A stretch of DNA of 64,000 nt from Amphiscolops sp. MND2022 (taxonomy: Eukaryota): contig OZ076413.1 in NCBI GenBank assembly GCA_964187785.1, positions 71,424,001-71,488,000 of the forward strand. Direction: 5' to 3'. The stretch's first letter is position 1, and each line of letters begins with the position of its first letter. The position numbers and the translations under genes were made by a program. The notes under the pieces are model-generated. The model was given only the letters and a program-made list of their open reading frames with translations. It searched no databases and was not told the origin of the DNA. This document shows, one piece after another, positions 11,926 through 25,198 of the stretch.

Positions 11926-12195
11926 TTAGCTCTGATTATAATCAACTGTTAGCGACTCGGCCCTTCGACAAGTTATATTCACTTTGCTGATCTCAAAAGA
12001 GAGTCCACAAATTGCTACGGTTATCATTACAAGTGCTAGGGCGTTGGTGAAAACTATAGATAACATCACACAAGGCAAAAATACACTGGTTTCTCTATCA
12101 TGCTCGTACGACGGTGGCGGACTAGGGGGTCGATATTTTCGCTGAGGTTTTACGTATAGTGGCAATCGGGTGTTTTGAACGTGTGAGCAAGGCAT
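11926..12195 (-). CDS. Small upstream ORF (89 aa) with PPxY motif and one TM helix
   Basis: ATG at 12195; RPPSPPPSY, hydrophobic VFLPCVMLSIVFTNALALVMITVAICGLSF, then an NIT sequon. Lies between PBS and gag. Confidence 0.45.
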   Translation of the reverse strand: MPCSHVQNTRLPLYVKPQRKYRPPSPPPSYEHDRETSVFLPCVMLSIVFTNALALVMITVAICGLSFEISKVNITCRRAESLTVDYNQS

Positions 12196-12864
12196 TGATG
12201 ATGTAAGTGAAATAAGAAGCACGTTATTTAGATTCTCAAAATCTAGAAAAGATTTGATGTATGAAGAAGAGCTAATACGGTTTACTAGTTCGTTGTTTCT
12301 CCATCGAAAGTTTCACATCCAGTAAGGACTCCTCTAAGTTCCTTGGAACCTGTCTTCAGCTAGTAACTCTAGACTGAAAACAGACTGCGCAGCCTTCCCT
12401 CATCAGCGCCCCTTAGGCTAATTTGGATTCTTATATTGGACACTATTACCTTCTGTGTCCAATAAGCTGCATCTGGTGAGGAGCACTATAATGAGACTGG
12501 CTTTCTCAGTGCCTAAGTTCAATGGAACATTTACTTTTACCGGTATATTTGAAAAATTTTAAAACAGTTCAAATTCGCTTCAATTCTCTCACGAGTTTAA
12601 ATCAGGTTAATGAAGAAACAAATTACCAGTTGACCGTTTTTTTTAGGCCCGACTAACCATTAGGTTTCCTAAGAAACGTGAAACTAACAAAAGAAAAGGG
12701 GTCCTTTTCTAATCAGCCGAGGAGGCGATTTTGAAAAGCCTACCAGGATCTTTGTACACTGTTGTACACTGCCAAGGCAGGCTAGGCTTTACATTGAGGT
12801 TTGGTCAAGGCCGGACATTACAGGTTGACAACAGTCTTGAAAAATCATTAAAATTTACTGTTTA

Positions 12865-12882
12865 TCCCACTCCTGTCACCCT
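12865..12882 (-). promoter_or_regulatory. Primer binding site, tRNA-Leu-like
   Basis: Minus strand GGGTGACAGGAGTGGGAT, 3 nt after the LTR-terminal CA; resembles the complement of eukaryotic tRNA-Leu 3' ends (...AUCCCACUCCUGACACCA). Confidence 0.75.
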
Positions 12883-12885
12883 TTT

Positions 12886-13522
12886 GACAATCGCCTATTT
12901 TTGTTATACCTCAATCAATTTTATTGGAATTTTGAATGCGTTGGGGCGATTGTGGGTGTTTTTGGTTCTTAGGTTATCTCTATAAATTTCTTGAGAAACG
13001 AAATTTAAAAGTAAATTTAGTCAGTTTATGATAAATTGTTAAGAAAAGTTCGTTTCAGAACAAATTTAAGGCGAATTTACTTTTAGTTACAAATTACAAA
13101 CAAACTCACATTTCAGTAGCTGAGGAGTTGAGTGAATATAAACTTCCCTTTAAAATTCGTCTATAATTTTTTTGTTAAATCTGCATCTTTGTTAATTTAT
13201 TGCTCAGCAGGGGAATGCAGGCAGAGCATCATTCTTTTTCTCTTTCTAATAGGTCATTTAAATAAAGTTAAGAAGCGCCTCAAGGTAAATAATAATGGAC
13301 ACACAGTTTGACTGAAGTGCTGCTGTTCAGCTGCACAAAAGGAGATTAATATTTTGAAACCATTATTTTGCTCTCTCGAGAACTTTCGAGAACAATAAAT
13401 AATGAACAAGTTGTGCTAAGAAATGATAAATACCGAGCTGTTTTTATTATTTAATTTCCCAGTTTGCATCTGTTCTTTTATTCGCCTTTCGCTCCTTCTA
13501 TAGCGGTGCCTCGTTTGCTCAG
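12886..13522 (-). repeat. 5' LTR of gypsy-1
   Basis: Homologous to 3640-4288; outer end degenerate and abutted by a MITE. Confidence 0.82.
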
Positions 13523-14065
13523 AATGAATGTCAATGCATGGAAATTCTTCTATATTGCCATTCGGTTATATTATCGAGCGGCTAATGTCACGGCTACCAC
13601 TCTATCAGTTGGTAGTTGTGACTTTAGTCGCTCGATGATATAGCTGAATGGTAATATAGAAAAATTTTTGGTGCTAGGTCAATTGGCCGACGGCGTTATT
13701 AGCCGACTGTGCAATTGACCGACTATGTAGTTTCAGAACAGCGGAATTATTCCCGAAATGGAATTAATGAATCCAAATGAATGAAGTTGGGTTTTCACAG
13801 AGGTCAGGAAACGGAGCTTATCTTGAATAAAATCATTTCGCTTTTTTGTTTCCGTTTAAATGAGAAACAGTGGCCGTGTTGACAAACAAATATTTTTGAT
13901 GCAAATCTAACTTTTTATTCGAAGCAAATTATAGTTGAAAATCGAGAATATCGCTACTGATGACCAATCATACTCACTCGGGTCGGCTAACGGCACAGTC
14001 GGCCAATTGAGCGGTCGGCCAATTGCACGGTCACCAGGAAAAATCACCATGCATTGACGTTCATT
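13523..14065. mobile_element. MITE
   Basis: TIRs aatgaatgtcaatgcatgg / ccatgcattgacgttcatt; internal inverted gtcggcc/ggccgac repeats. Confidence 0.65.
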
Positions 14066-14970
14066 TACTGTGGTCGGTTGCAAAGTTACATAATAGATTC
14101 ATCAATCAAAGCTCAGGTGGTATGGATTATAGCCGAACGAGATTAAAGACGAATGGTATTATAGCCGAATAGAATTGAATTTTCAATTGTAATTGGCTAC
14201 ACCACTTGCGAAAGAAACTCCAATTTAGTATCTATTATGTAACCACTACATGTAGTCCGAAAAATGAAATTTAATACGCGTAGGTTCGGTTGAAATCACA
14301 AGCGGCTATAATCCTGTTCGACTAGAATCACGGCTAAAAAGAATTACGACCAGAATCAAAGCTCACTGTCGAACGGAGCGACCAATCACAATTGAGAATT
14401 CAATTTCGTTCTGCCATGATTTTTTTCTGTATTATTATCGAGCTGCTATACGCCTATCACCCTTTCAGTCAGCGCATCTCTATCATAATCAGTTTTAGCG
14501 AGGAATCTTCGGAACTTCGTTCAAAGCCTTTTGCAACCAATGCCTTACTTGTTCTAACTATGAAATAGATATTTGTACTTAATTTTTGTATTATTTAGCA
14601 ATTTTGAAATTTTGCTGTTATATTCTCTATTTTTTTGTGATATTTTATTCAAGAATTGGAACCAAATGTGTTTTGCGCGTCTCGCGAACTCAGGAAAGAT
14701 GATTTAAAAGCTAGCGTTAATTAAGAGTTAGTTGAATGAAACACTGTAATTGAGATGAAAGATGGTTATTTTATTCAAAGGATCAAACGAACTGAACATT
14801 AGCTCTCAATAATGCAATTTGAAGTGAATAGTTGACTCTCATTCGTCAGTAACTATTTGGTAAAGAAGATGAGAAAGATTGAAAATAAGCTACGTGCTCA
14901 GAGCACATTTTACTGTTCCAATATGCCTACCGAAAGCATTTTATTTGAAGCTTCCTGAGATGGAACCGAC

Positions 14971-15328
14971 CAGGGTTTTGACATCGCTAATTTCTTCCGC
15001 TAATCGCTAAACCGTTCTTTGAAAATCGCTATTTCGCTGAAAAGCTTTTTCTGCAAACTATTGAATGTTCAGCTTCAAGTATGTTTCAAATTAACTTATT
15101 CGGTTTTTGGAAGAAAAGAGACTAGAACTTTTTGTAATGTGCGTGTTTTACAAGGGTAATAGTTGGAATTTTTCGAAATTCATTTTGAAACACCGTCTAT
15201 ACACAAAAATTTTTGAATTTGGAGGGTCTGTTAGTTACCGCTAATTTGAATCGCTAATTTGAATAGCTGAAAAATTCCTGCGCGGCCGCTAATTCGCTAA
15301 ATCGCTGATTAGCGGTGTCAAAACTCTG
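14971..15328. mobile_element. hAT-type MITE
   Basis: TIRs CAGGGTTTTGACATCGCTAA / TTAGCGGTGTCAAAACTCTG; perfect 8-bp TSD GAACCGAC (14963-14970, 15329-15336). Same family as 2774-3152 and 57329-57693. Confidence 0.9.
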
Positions 15329-16556
15329 GAACCGACATACTTCGAGGTAATACTGTTGACTTTGAAAGAAAGGCTAAAGCAGTGTTTTACAACAAATTGA
15401 ACCGAAGTTCTACAATCACTTTGAGTATTTCATATTCAAAAACGTTGAAAAAACTCAGAATCCGGCGTCTACGTGCATAGCATTGACTTGAGAAATTCTC
15501 AGAACACGGTCAAGTATTAAAAACGAATTTTAATGCGAGTTTGACAACTGTGTTACTGTGGAAACAAAAGTATTGGTACCGACCCAAAATCAAACTGAGT
15601 TGCAAGTAAGCTTAGCAATTCTGATTATGCCCCGAGTTACAGTTGGCGAAAGTTGTAACTAGAGCAGCAAACTTGTCTAAGCTTAGTGAAATTGTATCCA
15701 ATAGCTGTACACGTGAACAATAATAATAGTGAAACTTTTTTAAATAGAAACTTATTTGAAACTTTTCTGTGCACAAAATGAAACAAAGCCAGAAAATCAC
15801 CTTCACCGGGAAGAAGTCGGCGCTTTTCGGAGGCTTCAAAAAATTTTGAGAAAAAAAATGAATTTGTTTTCCTCATTCGGGTACTGCAGAAGAGAATACG
15901 TTTAAGTCCTTTTGCTATTTTTGAGCCTTGGATGTGGCGCCGACTTATGCCGTTTCCGGCTTGTTTAAAAGTCTGAGATAAAAAACTGCGAATGTCACAA
16001 ATAGCTGATTTTGAGCAAAAGTGGGACTTTTTGCCGTTTTTACTAGTTTTGACAGTTTTGTCCACATTTTTTGGCACGTTTTATAATTAATTATAAATTA
16101 TAATATTCGGGCTTGTTACCTAGAACACCTATAATTGCAAGACAGAAAGTTTTTGAAGCATTCAATTGAAGTAGCTGAGAGTCGCCTCCTGTGGATTCGA
16201 ATTAAGAAAATCTCTGTAACAAAAGTTTCAGCCGGAAACAAAATAGAAAATCGCATGTCAGAACTTTATGAAAACAGTTTTCGCTCCGCACGCGTATTCT
16301 TGCAAGAGTTTTTCAACTCGTGTAAAAACAAATCATCAGTTCCGGGGAAAACTCGTTGTTTTCAGCCATCGAAATGAAAAACAAATCTTTGCCATATACA
16401 AAAGGATACCACAATTTTTCAACAGCTTTTTTTTCGTAGAAAGTTCTGCATTCCAGACATCAAGATCCTACAAAGCTTCCCGAGTTGACCCACCATGCAA
16501 GTCATACTATGTTTCAATATGTGGAAACTAGTTGCCATAAAAAAATTTTACGTTCA

Positions 16557-17022
16557 GACAGTGATGACTCATATAAGGGATTCATTTGATATCCGTTAAA
16601 CGGATTCCTTAAACATTCCATTACTTAAGTATATAAAAATTATTAATGGAATCCCTTTTATTTCACGTAATTCCAACGTATGCCTTACGTCGTTGAATCG
16701 GCTAGCTTATATGTACAGATAACGAATCCAGTTAAATTTCCGCAAGTAGAGAGGGTTGCTGGATCAGTCCTCGGCATCTTTCCTTCGTCTGCCATAGCAA
16801 AGCACATGTTTTTGAGGGCAAGTTTCTGACTGAGAAACGAAGAAATAGACTCTAAATGCAAAATTTACGTTTGCGATTGATTTGTCTTGGTTCTGAAAAT
16901 GAAAAATTCATTTTTCCGTTTCATTTTCATGGAAAAATCCATTTAATGGATCCCTTAAATTCAACGTCTACACGTTAAATATTAAATTTTTCTTTTAAAA
17001 ATTCTAATTGGTCATCACTGTG
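16557..17022. mobile_element. MITE (CACAG/CMC-like terminus)
   Basis: TIRs (g)acagtgatgac / gtcatcactgt(g); repeated ggattc/gaatcc subterminal motifs. Confidence 0.5.
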
Positions 17023-17204
17023 TTCATGACGTGACTTCAATGTTTTCTATATATGATCAAAGTATGGATTGCCTGATTTAAAATAACTGTATGGCCGTTT
17101 TATGGAACACATGCTTTTTCAGTATGTGCTTTCCATGAAACTCATGTTTAACAGTTTGACACTCCTATTTAACTAATTAGCATAGTCCTTTTATGGAACG
17201 TATG

Positions 17205-18734
17205 CAGGGGTGCCTAAAAATAAATGGCCCTCCATTTTCGAGAAAAAAAAACAATGCAATCCATTAATGGTAAATTATCAAATTTTCCCTCCTTATTTCC
17301 ATTAATGGCAATTAATTTCGCAATTTGAAAGTCATTTAAAGCCTGAGAAACTAAATTCTCATCCCAAAATTTTTCGTTGACCTTTAAGAATAACTGCATC
17401 TCTAAGTTCATTGGCAAAAGTTTTTGTCGCAAATCTGAGAAGGAATAAGTTGCAGAACTAAAAAACCGTTCCAGAATATTCGAAGTAGGCAGTAAAAATT
17501 TTAGACTCTGACACTTTTTGAGACGATAATTGAAGTCTTCGTTTTTTTATCAGCAAACTGGCAAAATCACTATCAGAACCTTGGGAATTCGATCCTTCTG
17601 GCTGCTCGACAACTTGTTTTTTCAATTTTTGGACACTCTGTGCTTCTTCTGTTGTTAACGATTTTTCATCGCCATTTAAAATTTTAACGACTGCTTTTTC
17701 GAAAAAAGGGGAATGATAAATTTTTGAGTTTGGCCCACAATACTCATCAAGAACCGGAAATTCTAAAATAGCGTGATCAAAGAGAAATCGTACCTCTGCT
17801 AAGTCAAGGTCTGCTTTTTGAAGAGACTTCGTGATAGAATCCAGTTTTTGAAGGGTCACATGCAGTGTACTTATTTCATGTAGGTGCGACGGTACAAAAT
17901 CCGACAAAGAAGGGTCATCGTAGAAGTCCGTGGGGGACACCAGGCTATGAATTTCAAGAAATCTGCTGACCATCTCGAACGTACTGGACCATCTTGTCTC
18001 ATTTCTTTGAATTGGGCGAAGTTCTGTGAATTTTCGTAGTTTGCCGGCAATTTTCAGGTTTTTCATTTTTGCCGCTAGGGCGTTAATTTTTTGAAGAATA
18101 GTTTCATACGGTTCTAAAATTTTTTTGCTTCGAGATACTTTTTTAAAGTTGGAACGGTTATTGGGTCAAGCTTTGTAAACTCCCGGGTTAGTGGGTTCTC
18201 GACGAATTCAAATGGCTTCATGCTAAGACATACCCATTTAATCTAAGAAAAAGCATTTCTACCTTTTTTGTTGACAATACATGGTTGTGATGTGTCTCTT
18301 GCATCGGCGTAGTCGGGGTGGGCTCCTTTGATATGGTTGAATAAGTTCGAGTAGCCTTTGTTCGTTTTTTGTTGAATAACTTTTCCGCATTTACATTTCC
18401 AATGATCTTCTCTTTCTCTAGTAAAATAGCGCAGGCTTACTGCTTTTGGAGTGAGATTTGCTTTAGCGAACTCCATTGCAACGTATTTTTAAGTACAAAC
18501 TTATATCTGAAAGAACAACTTATTTGTGGCGTAGAATTAGTCTTATTTTTGCAGAGAAGTATCTCTTAGAAATGCATCTCTTAGAACTAGGTTTTTCTCA
18601 GAAATGGGCAATTAATTGCAATAGCTTCCGTCCATTAATGGAAATGGTAAAAATAAAAAAATCCCTAAATTTACCCTTAAAAATGGTAAAAAATGGCCAT
18701 TAATGGAAGTTCCATTAATATTTAGGCACCCCTG
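17205..18734 (-). mobile_element. hAT DNA transposon, internally deleted
   Basis: TIRs CAGGGGTGCCTAAA, perfect 8-bp TSD AACGTATG. BED finger (WKCKC...LFNHIKGAH), TRWSST motif, LPTSNILERFFS and LFLKVN dimerisation motif in broken frames. Confidence 0.92.
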
Positions 18735-18819
18735 AACGTATGTCTTTGAAGTATGGCCCTTTTATGGAAGTCAAGTTTTAAGAATGGCTTTTTTGGAACT
18801 CGTGCTCTGCTAGTCCTAT

Positions 18820-19317
18820 TTTTAGTCGGCGCTTTTCTTAAGAAAAGAGCCCAACTATTACAGTCACTAGTTTTTTTTTCTTTTTTTTTATTCAAGACAC
18901 ACTCGAAGCGACGAACGTTAAAATTAACGTTCAACTACTAAATACAGTACTACTAAAATACTGGCAGCGCATTTGAGATAGTGCAAAGGGTCCCCCTTTC
19001 AGTAAGTCCATTTTTATCGTAAGATACAAAACAGGACGAGACTATAGGGTCCCCCCTTTGAGTTTTTTCGGCACTGTGCGACTTTTTTTTCGAAAATTTT
19101 TTTGTCCCCAAAGGGTCCCCCCTTCGAGTTTTTTGATATTTTGCAACGGAATGTATGTTAATAAATCCAGAAGGGTCCCCCTCTTACATTTTTCGGCACT
19201 ATGCGACTTTTTTTGAAAGAAAAAAATTTTTCAAAAATTTCAATTTTTTTCCAAAAATTTTTTTTGCGCTTTTTGAGCCTCAGATATGGCGCCGACTTTA
19301 GACGTTCCCGTCTTGTT
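18820..19317 (+). mobile_element. Helentron/HINE-like element, full-length
   Basis: 5' tttAGTCGGCGC, internal tandem GGGTCCCCC units, 3' GCGCCGACT-tt-AGACG-ttcc-CGTCT-tgtt. Confidence 0.7.
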
Positions 19318-20425
19318 ACAAATTCAGTTCAAATTAGGATTAATCTGAAAAAGTCACTTTTATTAAAACCTTTGTGTTTATTTGTGACACAAAAAGGAAA
19401 CATCAGAAATATGAATTTGAATAGGAACAAAACACAATAGATTCATAGAGGAAAATGATTTCAAAGAAGACATCGGTTGAATCAAGAAAATTTCTAAACA
19501 AAAAGAAAATCCATCCGTCTCTTTGAAATTTAAGTTATTCGAAAAAATGAATGAAGTATTACTGCAAATAAAAATTGAAAACAACGGAATTTTTGATTGA
19601 AAATAGTTGAAAGATTCTATCAGAAGTCGCAGCGGAGCAATTGCAAGTATACTATATATAGGCCTACTGCAGCTTCTAGTCATTACAGCTGCTTTTCAGA
19701 TCAGAAGAGTTATTTAGAAAACATGTCGGTCGCATACTCAAGTGAAATTGAATTACAGGCCGCATACCGTATTTATTTTTTATTCAAAAATAACTGCTGC
19801 TTTCTTTTGTTTGATCGCTGAATAACTACGGCTTTCAATCCAGGGCGGTTTTGATTCCAGGGCGCTTTTATCGAATGAAAGCGGTATGCGGTCTGTTTTG
19901 CAACTTCACTTGATTATGCGGCCTGTTTTCGATATGTGTTTCATGAAAATGTTGGGAGAATGGAAAGTTCATTTTTCCAGTAAACAATGCTGGCCAACTG
20001 TAATACACTGACATCACTGAAAAGAAGCAGATCCAGAAGCGAGGAAACGAAGTAAAATCAACAAAACGCCCCCCGCTAAGCACCGGGATATTTTCCGCTA
20101 AAAATGTAACGCATCAGCACAGGTTCGAACCCAAAATTGACGACAATGATGCGGACTTGAGTTGAGACAAAAACATTCACAAAGCACTGAGGCAAATAAG
20201 CACTGAGAGAAATATCGCAACCGTGGTGATATTGTATTTTACGCACGATTGTGCAAATGAGCATCGACTGACAATTTTAGTTGTCATGGCAAAGTTGTTG
20301 AAAACAGATTTTCCGGCGAGTTGACGCGTTGACGGAAAACCAAACAGTGCCTGGTGTTCGGAAAAGGTGTAAATGAAATTCGTCTCTGAAGGGAAAAATT
20401 TGGAGACGAGGATATATACCTCCGG

Positions 20426-20908
20426 TAGTGCTGTTAAAAATCTTGATTTTATTTTTGAAATCAAAAATATCCGATTTTTTTGATAAAAATCAGATAATTA
20501 TCAAAAAAATCCGATAAAAATAGGGTTGGGCAGAAACAATTGAATTACGTGTAAGTCAGTGGCAAAATGACAAATTCGTTATTTATTCAGAACTTTGAAA
20601 CAAAGTTTTCCCGCTTTGTGAACACACTCTCCGATGCTGAGTTCAAAAATACCATTCGTCTTTAATCTCGTTCGGCTATAATCCATACCACCGTGAACGA
20701 AGTTGAATAAACTAATGAATTTATAAAAAAGCTGATAGTATTCCAATTTATCAATCGGTTAGCTGACCGATCGCCTAATTGAGCAAGACCCGATCAGGCC
20801 TGCAAGCGTCATATTTGATTTTATTCAGTGATAATGAAAACCGAGCTTGATAATTAACTTGATTTTTATCATTGATATTTATCAATTGATTTTTATCTAA
20901 CAACACTA
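20426..20908. mobile_element. hAT-type MITE (TAGTG...CACTA) inside the Tc1 TIR
   Basis: TIRs tagtgctgtta / taacaacacta; perfect 8-bp TSD ACCTCCGG (20418-25, 20909-16). Confidence 0.85.
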
Positions 20909-21017
20909 ACCTCCGGGCAAAAAAATGAGAATTTTCAATTCAATAGATCTTCAGAACTAACAAACATTATAGCGTAAAATTTCGAACAAAAGTAGATAAT
21001 TATTTTATAATTGTGTT

Positions 21018-21992
21018 TTAGTACTCTACCAAATTTCCCTCATTCTCAAAACACAAAGCCAAACGTCTGGAAACTGAATTCATCAATTTTTCACGCACAT
21101 CATATCCAATTTTTTGTTGAGATTCTTGGATAATGGCTATTAATTCTTCCTTAGTTTGAGGATTCCGCTTTTCAACAAAGTCTTTCAAAATTGTCCAAAC
21201 ATTTTCTACTGGGTTGATGTCAGGAGAATTCGGTGGCCATTGCAGAATCTAGATGTTGTTTTCCGCAAGGAATTCTTTGGTTTCTTTCGACGTATGAGGT
21301 GTTGCTCCGTCCTGCTCAAGTACCCAACCATTCGTATACAAGGCATCAGCATACGGCATAAATTCAGCTACAATTTCGCAATATTTCCTGCTGTTTATTG
21401 TTCCATCTACAATAATGTTTAAGTAAAAACCATTGAAGGAAAGTGCTCCCCAGACCATCTCTTTTGGAGAAAATTTTGGTGCTGCTATTTGTGGTCGTCG
21501 TTGGGACTTGGTACACCAAACCTTCACTTTATTTCGGTGCAATTGGAAAAGGCATTCATCGCTTAGAAAAACATCAGCAAAATGGTAATTTTTCCAATGT
21601 CCGGCAAACTCTAACCGCTTCCGGCGATGGGCATCTGTAATTAAAGGTACCGTTTTTGGCATTTTCTTCTTAATTCCTCCTCTTGCAAGGGTTCGTCGAA
21701 TAGTACTGGCATTCGCAGAAATCCCAGTCTTCTCATACATCATTTCAGCCAAGTTTTGTCCCGAAAAAGTAGAATATTTTAAAGCCAATTGTGCCAGTCT
21801 TCTTCGCTCATCTCCACAAAATTTGTGGGGTCGACCACTTCCTACCTTTCGTTTCAATGAACCTCCTTCTTGTAAAATCTTGAAATTGCGATAAAAGGTA
21901 GATGAAGGCATTCCTGATAGCTTTAGCAACAAATTAAATTCTTTAGTAACATTGTTGTAGAGATAATCAAGTGTTTTACGCTTGGGTTGCAT
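21018..21992 (-). pseudogene. Tc1 DD34E transposase, one premature TAG
   Basis: HTH, SGRP, FLSDEC, VWGAL, QDGATPH and WPPNSPDINPVENVW motifs; D-34-E spacing counted; 325 codons with a single in-frame stop at 21249-21251. Confidence 0.93.
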
Positions 21993-23328
21993 TTTACCGG
22001 AAGTGTGAAAAAGTATGTGTGTTCACGCCAAATCTAGTGCTCGTATATGAATTTTTGTTACATGGCCAGAAAGGCCGGGCAATTATCTACAACTTTTGTT
22101 TCTGGCGTTTAAGCCTAAGTGGCGTCCATTAAAAAATACGGCACAAAAATGAAAGTCTTCAAATTCTCATTTTTTTTGCCCGGAGGTATATTATGGATCG
22201 CTGATTTCACTTTCATTCAAGAGGAATGACAGAAAGCTTTTAAAACTGATCTAATGTTCGACAGAACAAGCGGGAACAGAATAAGTCGGGGCCCGACGTA
22301 AGGCTCTAAAAGAGCAAAATTAACTCAAATGCCAAGAATTCTTTTTCAATAAGTTCTCTATTCCACAAAACCAAAAAATCCAAAGGGGGACTTTTTGGAC
22401 TCTTTGGACTTAACTCTTTGGACTTTGGTTTAGTTCACCAAACGGAAAAAAAACACGATAGAACGTCACAGCAGGAGTAGCGGTTTATTTCATGAAGCGC
22501 TGACTAAAAATGTCAAAAGAAGACGAATGAATAGACAACAAGACGCCCGCTAAGCACCGGGATATTTTCCGCCTTCTTCGCCTTCACCAACTGAGCCATA
22601 GGTCTTTTGGGAGGGGGAATATGATTTAAAGAACAAAATCCGAAATTTAGTGATTTTCGATCTTATTCCCTTTAGATCTCATTCCCATTTTTGAATTTAG
22701 ATAATATTCCCCCTCGAAGCTATTTTAGTTCCTTGATTAGTTCACTAACTACTAATTTTACTGAAATTACTAGTTTTACTATTTTACTAATGTTACTATA
22801 AAATAGTCAAGTAACTATAGGTGAGGTCGAAGAAACTGGGAGATTTGGCAGAATTTGGAAAAAAACGCAACACAGATTATGATTTTCCTTCCCCATTATA
22901 TGTGGGTGGAAAATAACAAGAAATATACTAAAGTGACTTGGACTAAATTCTAGTTGCCAGATAAACTTCCGAAAATGCACGCGAGAACATAGCCAAAAAC
23001 AGTGCAAAAGCCTTGATAGGAAGAGAATGCCGCCTAGTCAAGCTAGTGCAGAGAGAGCGATAGAATCTAGTGACTGAGGGAGTGCGATTTTATTTTCTAA
23101 TCAAAAATCCAATTACCAGTAATGATCGGCTAGGTGAAACAGTTGGAAACCAACTCTCAAATCTTTTGAATTTCAGAATTTTTGTTTCGATCCATATTTT
23201 TTTTGTTGACTCTGTCAGTTCGTCGGTGTTCAAAATTAAACAAAACTCATTACTATAGTCTGCTTTTTGTACGAAAGCGAAAAGACATGCATCTAGAGTT
23301 TTAAAAATAACTGTCCTCTGTTTGGAAC

Positions 23329-23820
23329 AACAAGACGGGAACGTCTAAAGTCGGCGCTATATCTAAGGCTCAAAAAGACTTTTTAAAAAAAACTTGAAAT
23401 TTTTGATTTTTTCTTTAAGAAAATGTCGCATAGTGCCGAAAAATGTAAAAGGGGGGACCCTTTGGGCTTTTTTAACATATATTCTGTTGCAAAATATCAC
23501 AAAACTCGAAAGGGGGACTCTTTTGAGACATTAAAAAATTTTCGGAAAAAGTCGCACAATGCCGAAAAAAATCGAAAGGGGACCCTTTAGTCTCGTCCGG
23601 TTTTGTAGGTTACGTTAAAAAAGTAAAAAATGAAAGGGGAGACCGTTTTGCACTAATTTCCGCTGACCGGACTTGGCCTTATGGCCTTAGTAGTTTTAGT
23701 AGTTTCGATTGTAAGAAAAGTGGACCAATCAGAGTGAGATTGTAGTCTGACGAAAAAAAGAAAAAGAACTAGCCACTGTAAGAGTCGGGCACTTTTCACT
23801 AGAAAAGCGCCGACTAAAAA
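23329..23820 (-). mobile_element. Helentron/HINE-like element, full-length
   Basis: aacaagacgggaacgtctaaagtcggcgc ... aaagcgccgactaaaaa. Confidence 0.7.
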
Positions 23821-25198
23821 CACGTTATCAAATTTGGTTGATTGAAAAACCGTCTATTTCCTGGTTTGGTCTGATTCAGTTCAGATAATTCTTGAAAGAT
23901 TCTGAGCGCGTTTACCTTTTAATACACAAAAATGTCAATCGATGCGGTGTTCGAACCCACAATCACGTGCTTACAAACCTCGCTTTTTAACACCTAGGCA
24001 AACTAGCCAGCTTCTCCAACTTTGGTAAGGAACGTCAGGGAAGATTTTCAAGAAAACACACGTTGACACATTCTGTCCCCCCTTTCCATTCTTTTTGGAA
24101 TTTTTGTGAGATTTTTTTTCATATTTTTTCAATGTCTTCAAACGGTCCCCCATTCCTTTTTTAAAAAATATTTGACAACAAGTTGGATGTTCAAAAAGCC
24201 CAAAAGGTCAGACCTTTTACAATTTTCGGCATTGCGAGACTTTTCAGACTGATCATTTTACGTCTTAGAAGAGGTTTTCTCAGAGGCCCAGCACGCTATA
24301 ACAAGTTTGACGTAATATCTGAAATTGCGTTTAATGCAGAGGATGTCGACATTCGAAATTTTTGAGTTAAGTCCGAATTTTTGACGTCAAATTCAACACA
24401 GAGGCGAAGCCGTGCTTCGCAAACACTTGCGAAGAAAGTTGCGAACTTTTGAACAAACCCAAATAAGCAATATCATACGGAGAGCCAAGGGTAAAAGAAC
24501 ATTATTGTTAAAATTTCATCAATTTTACGCCAAATAATCCCGAAGGGTTACCCATAAATCTCGAAAACAATTCGTCTCCAACGGGAAACAACAGAAAACC
24601 CATCTTTCTCAACCGTAAACCTTTTAAAAAAACAGAAAATTGAGGAAAATAAGTTTTCGAAATTTTTCGAAAATTTTTTTGATGAAGGTCTCCGGCAAGT
24701 CGCATAGTGCCGAAAACCTTGAGTAGTGCTTTATGCTTGCAAAACGTTTCGTTTCTAGTAAAAATTGAGGGGGCTTCGATGAAAACAAATTCGAAAAAAA
24801 GTCGTATAGAAAAAACAGCGGTCTTTAAAAAAACAAAAATCGGATATAGCGTGCTGGGCCTGAGAAAACCTAATTTTAAGACAAAAATCATTCGATTTGA
24901 AAAATCTCACAATGCCGAAAACTGTAAAAGGGGGGCACTTTGAGATTTTTTTAACATCCATTCTGTTGCAAAATTTCAAAAAATTGGAGCGAGACTTGAA
25001 AAAATTTCAAAAAAAACAAAAAATGAGAATTTTCAACGGTCTCATAGGGCCGAAAAATCTGAAAGAAGGGGCCCTTTGGGATTTTTTAATATTCGTTCTG
25101 TTGCAAAATACCAAAAAAATGCAGGGAGGAATCTTTGGTGACATGAAAAAAAAGTGCGAAAAAAAGTCACAAAGCCGAAATAACATGCACAAAAATGT

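Larger units (their letters stand above)
3640..13522 (-). mobile_element. Ty3/gypsy LTR retrotransposon 1 (old, degraded, env-bearing)
   Basis: Direct repeats 3640-4288 and 12886-13522 (roughly 85-90% identical by eye), PBS and PPT in the correct minus-strand positions, gag/PR/RT/RH/IN remnants with frameshifts. TSD not clearly preserved. Confidence 0.88.
20417..22188 (-). mobile_element. Tc1-family DNA transposon (left TIR interrupted by a MITE)
   Basis: TIR TACCTCCGGGCAAAAAAATGAGAATTT, reconstructed after removing 20426-20908 and one TSD copy; TA TSDs at 20415-16 and 22189-90. Confidence 0.88.

Noticed and set aside
3635-13527. TSD for gypsy-1
   Set aside because: Flanks aattt versus aatga match only partly, and a MITE abuts the 5' LTR; not claimed.
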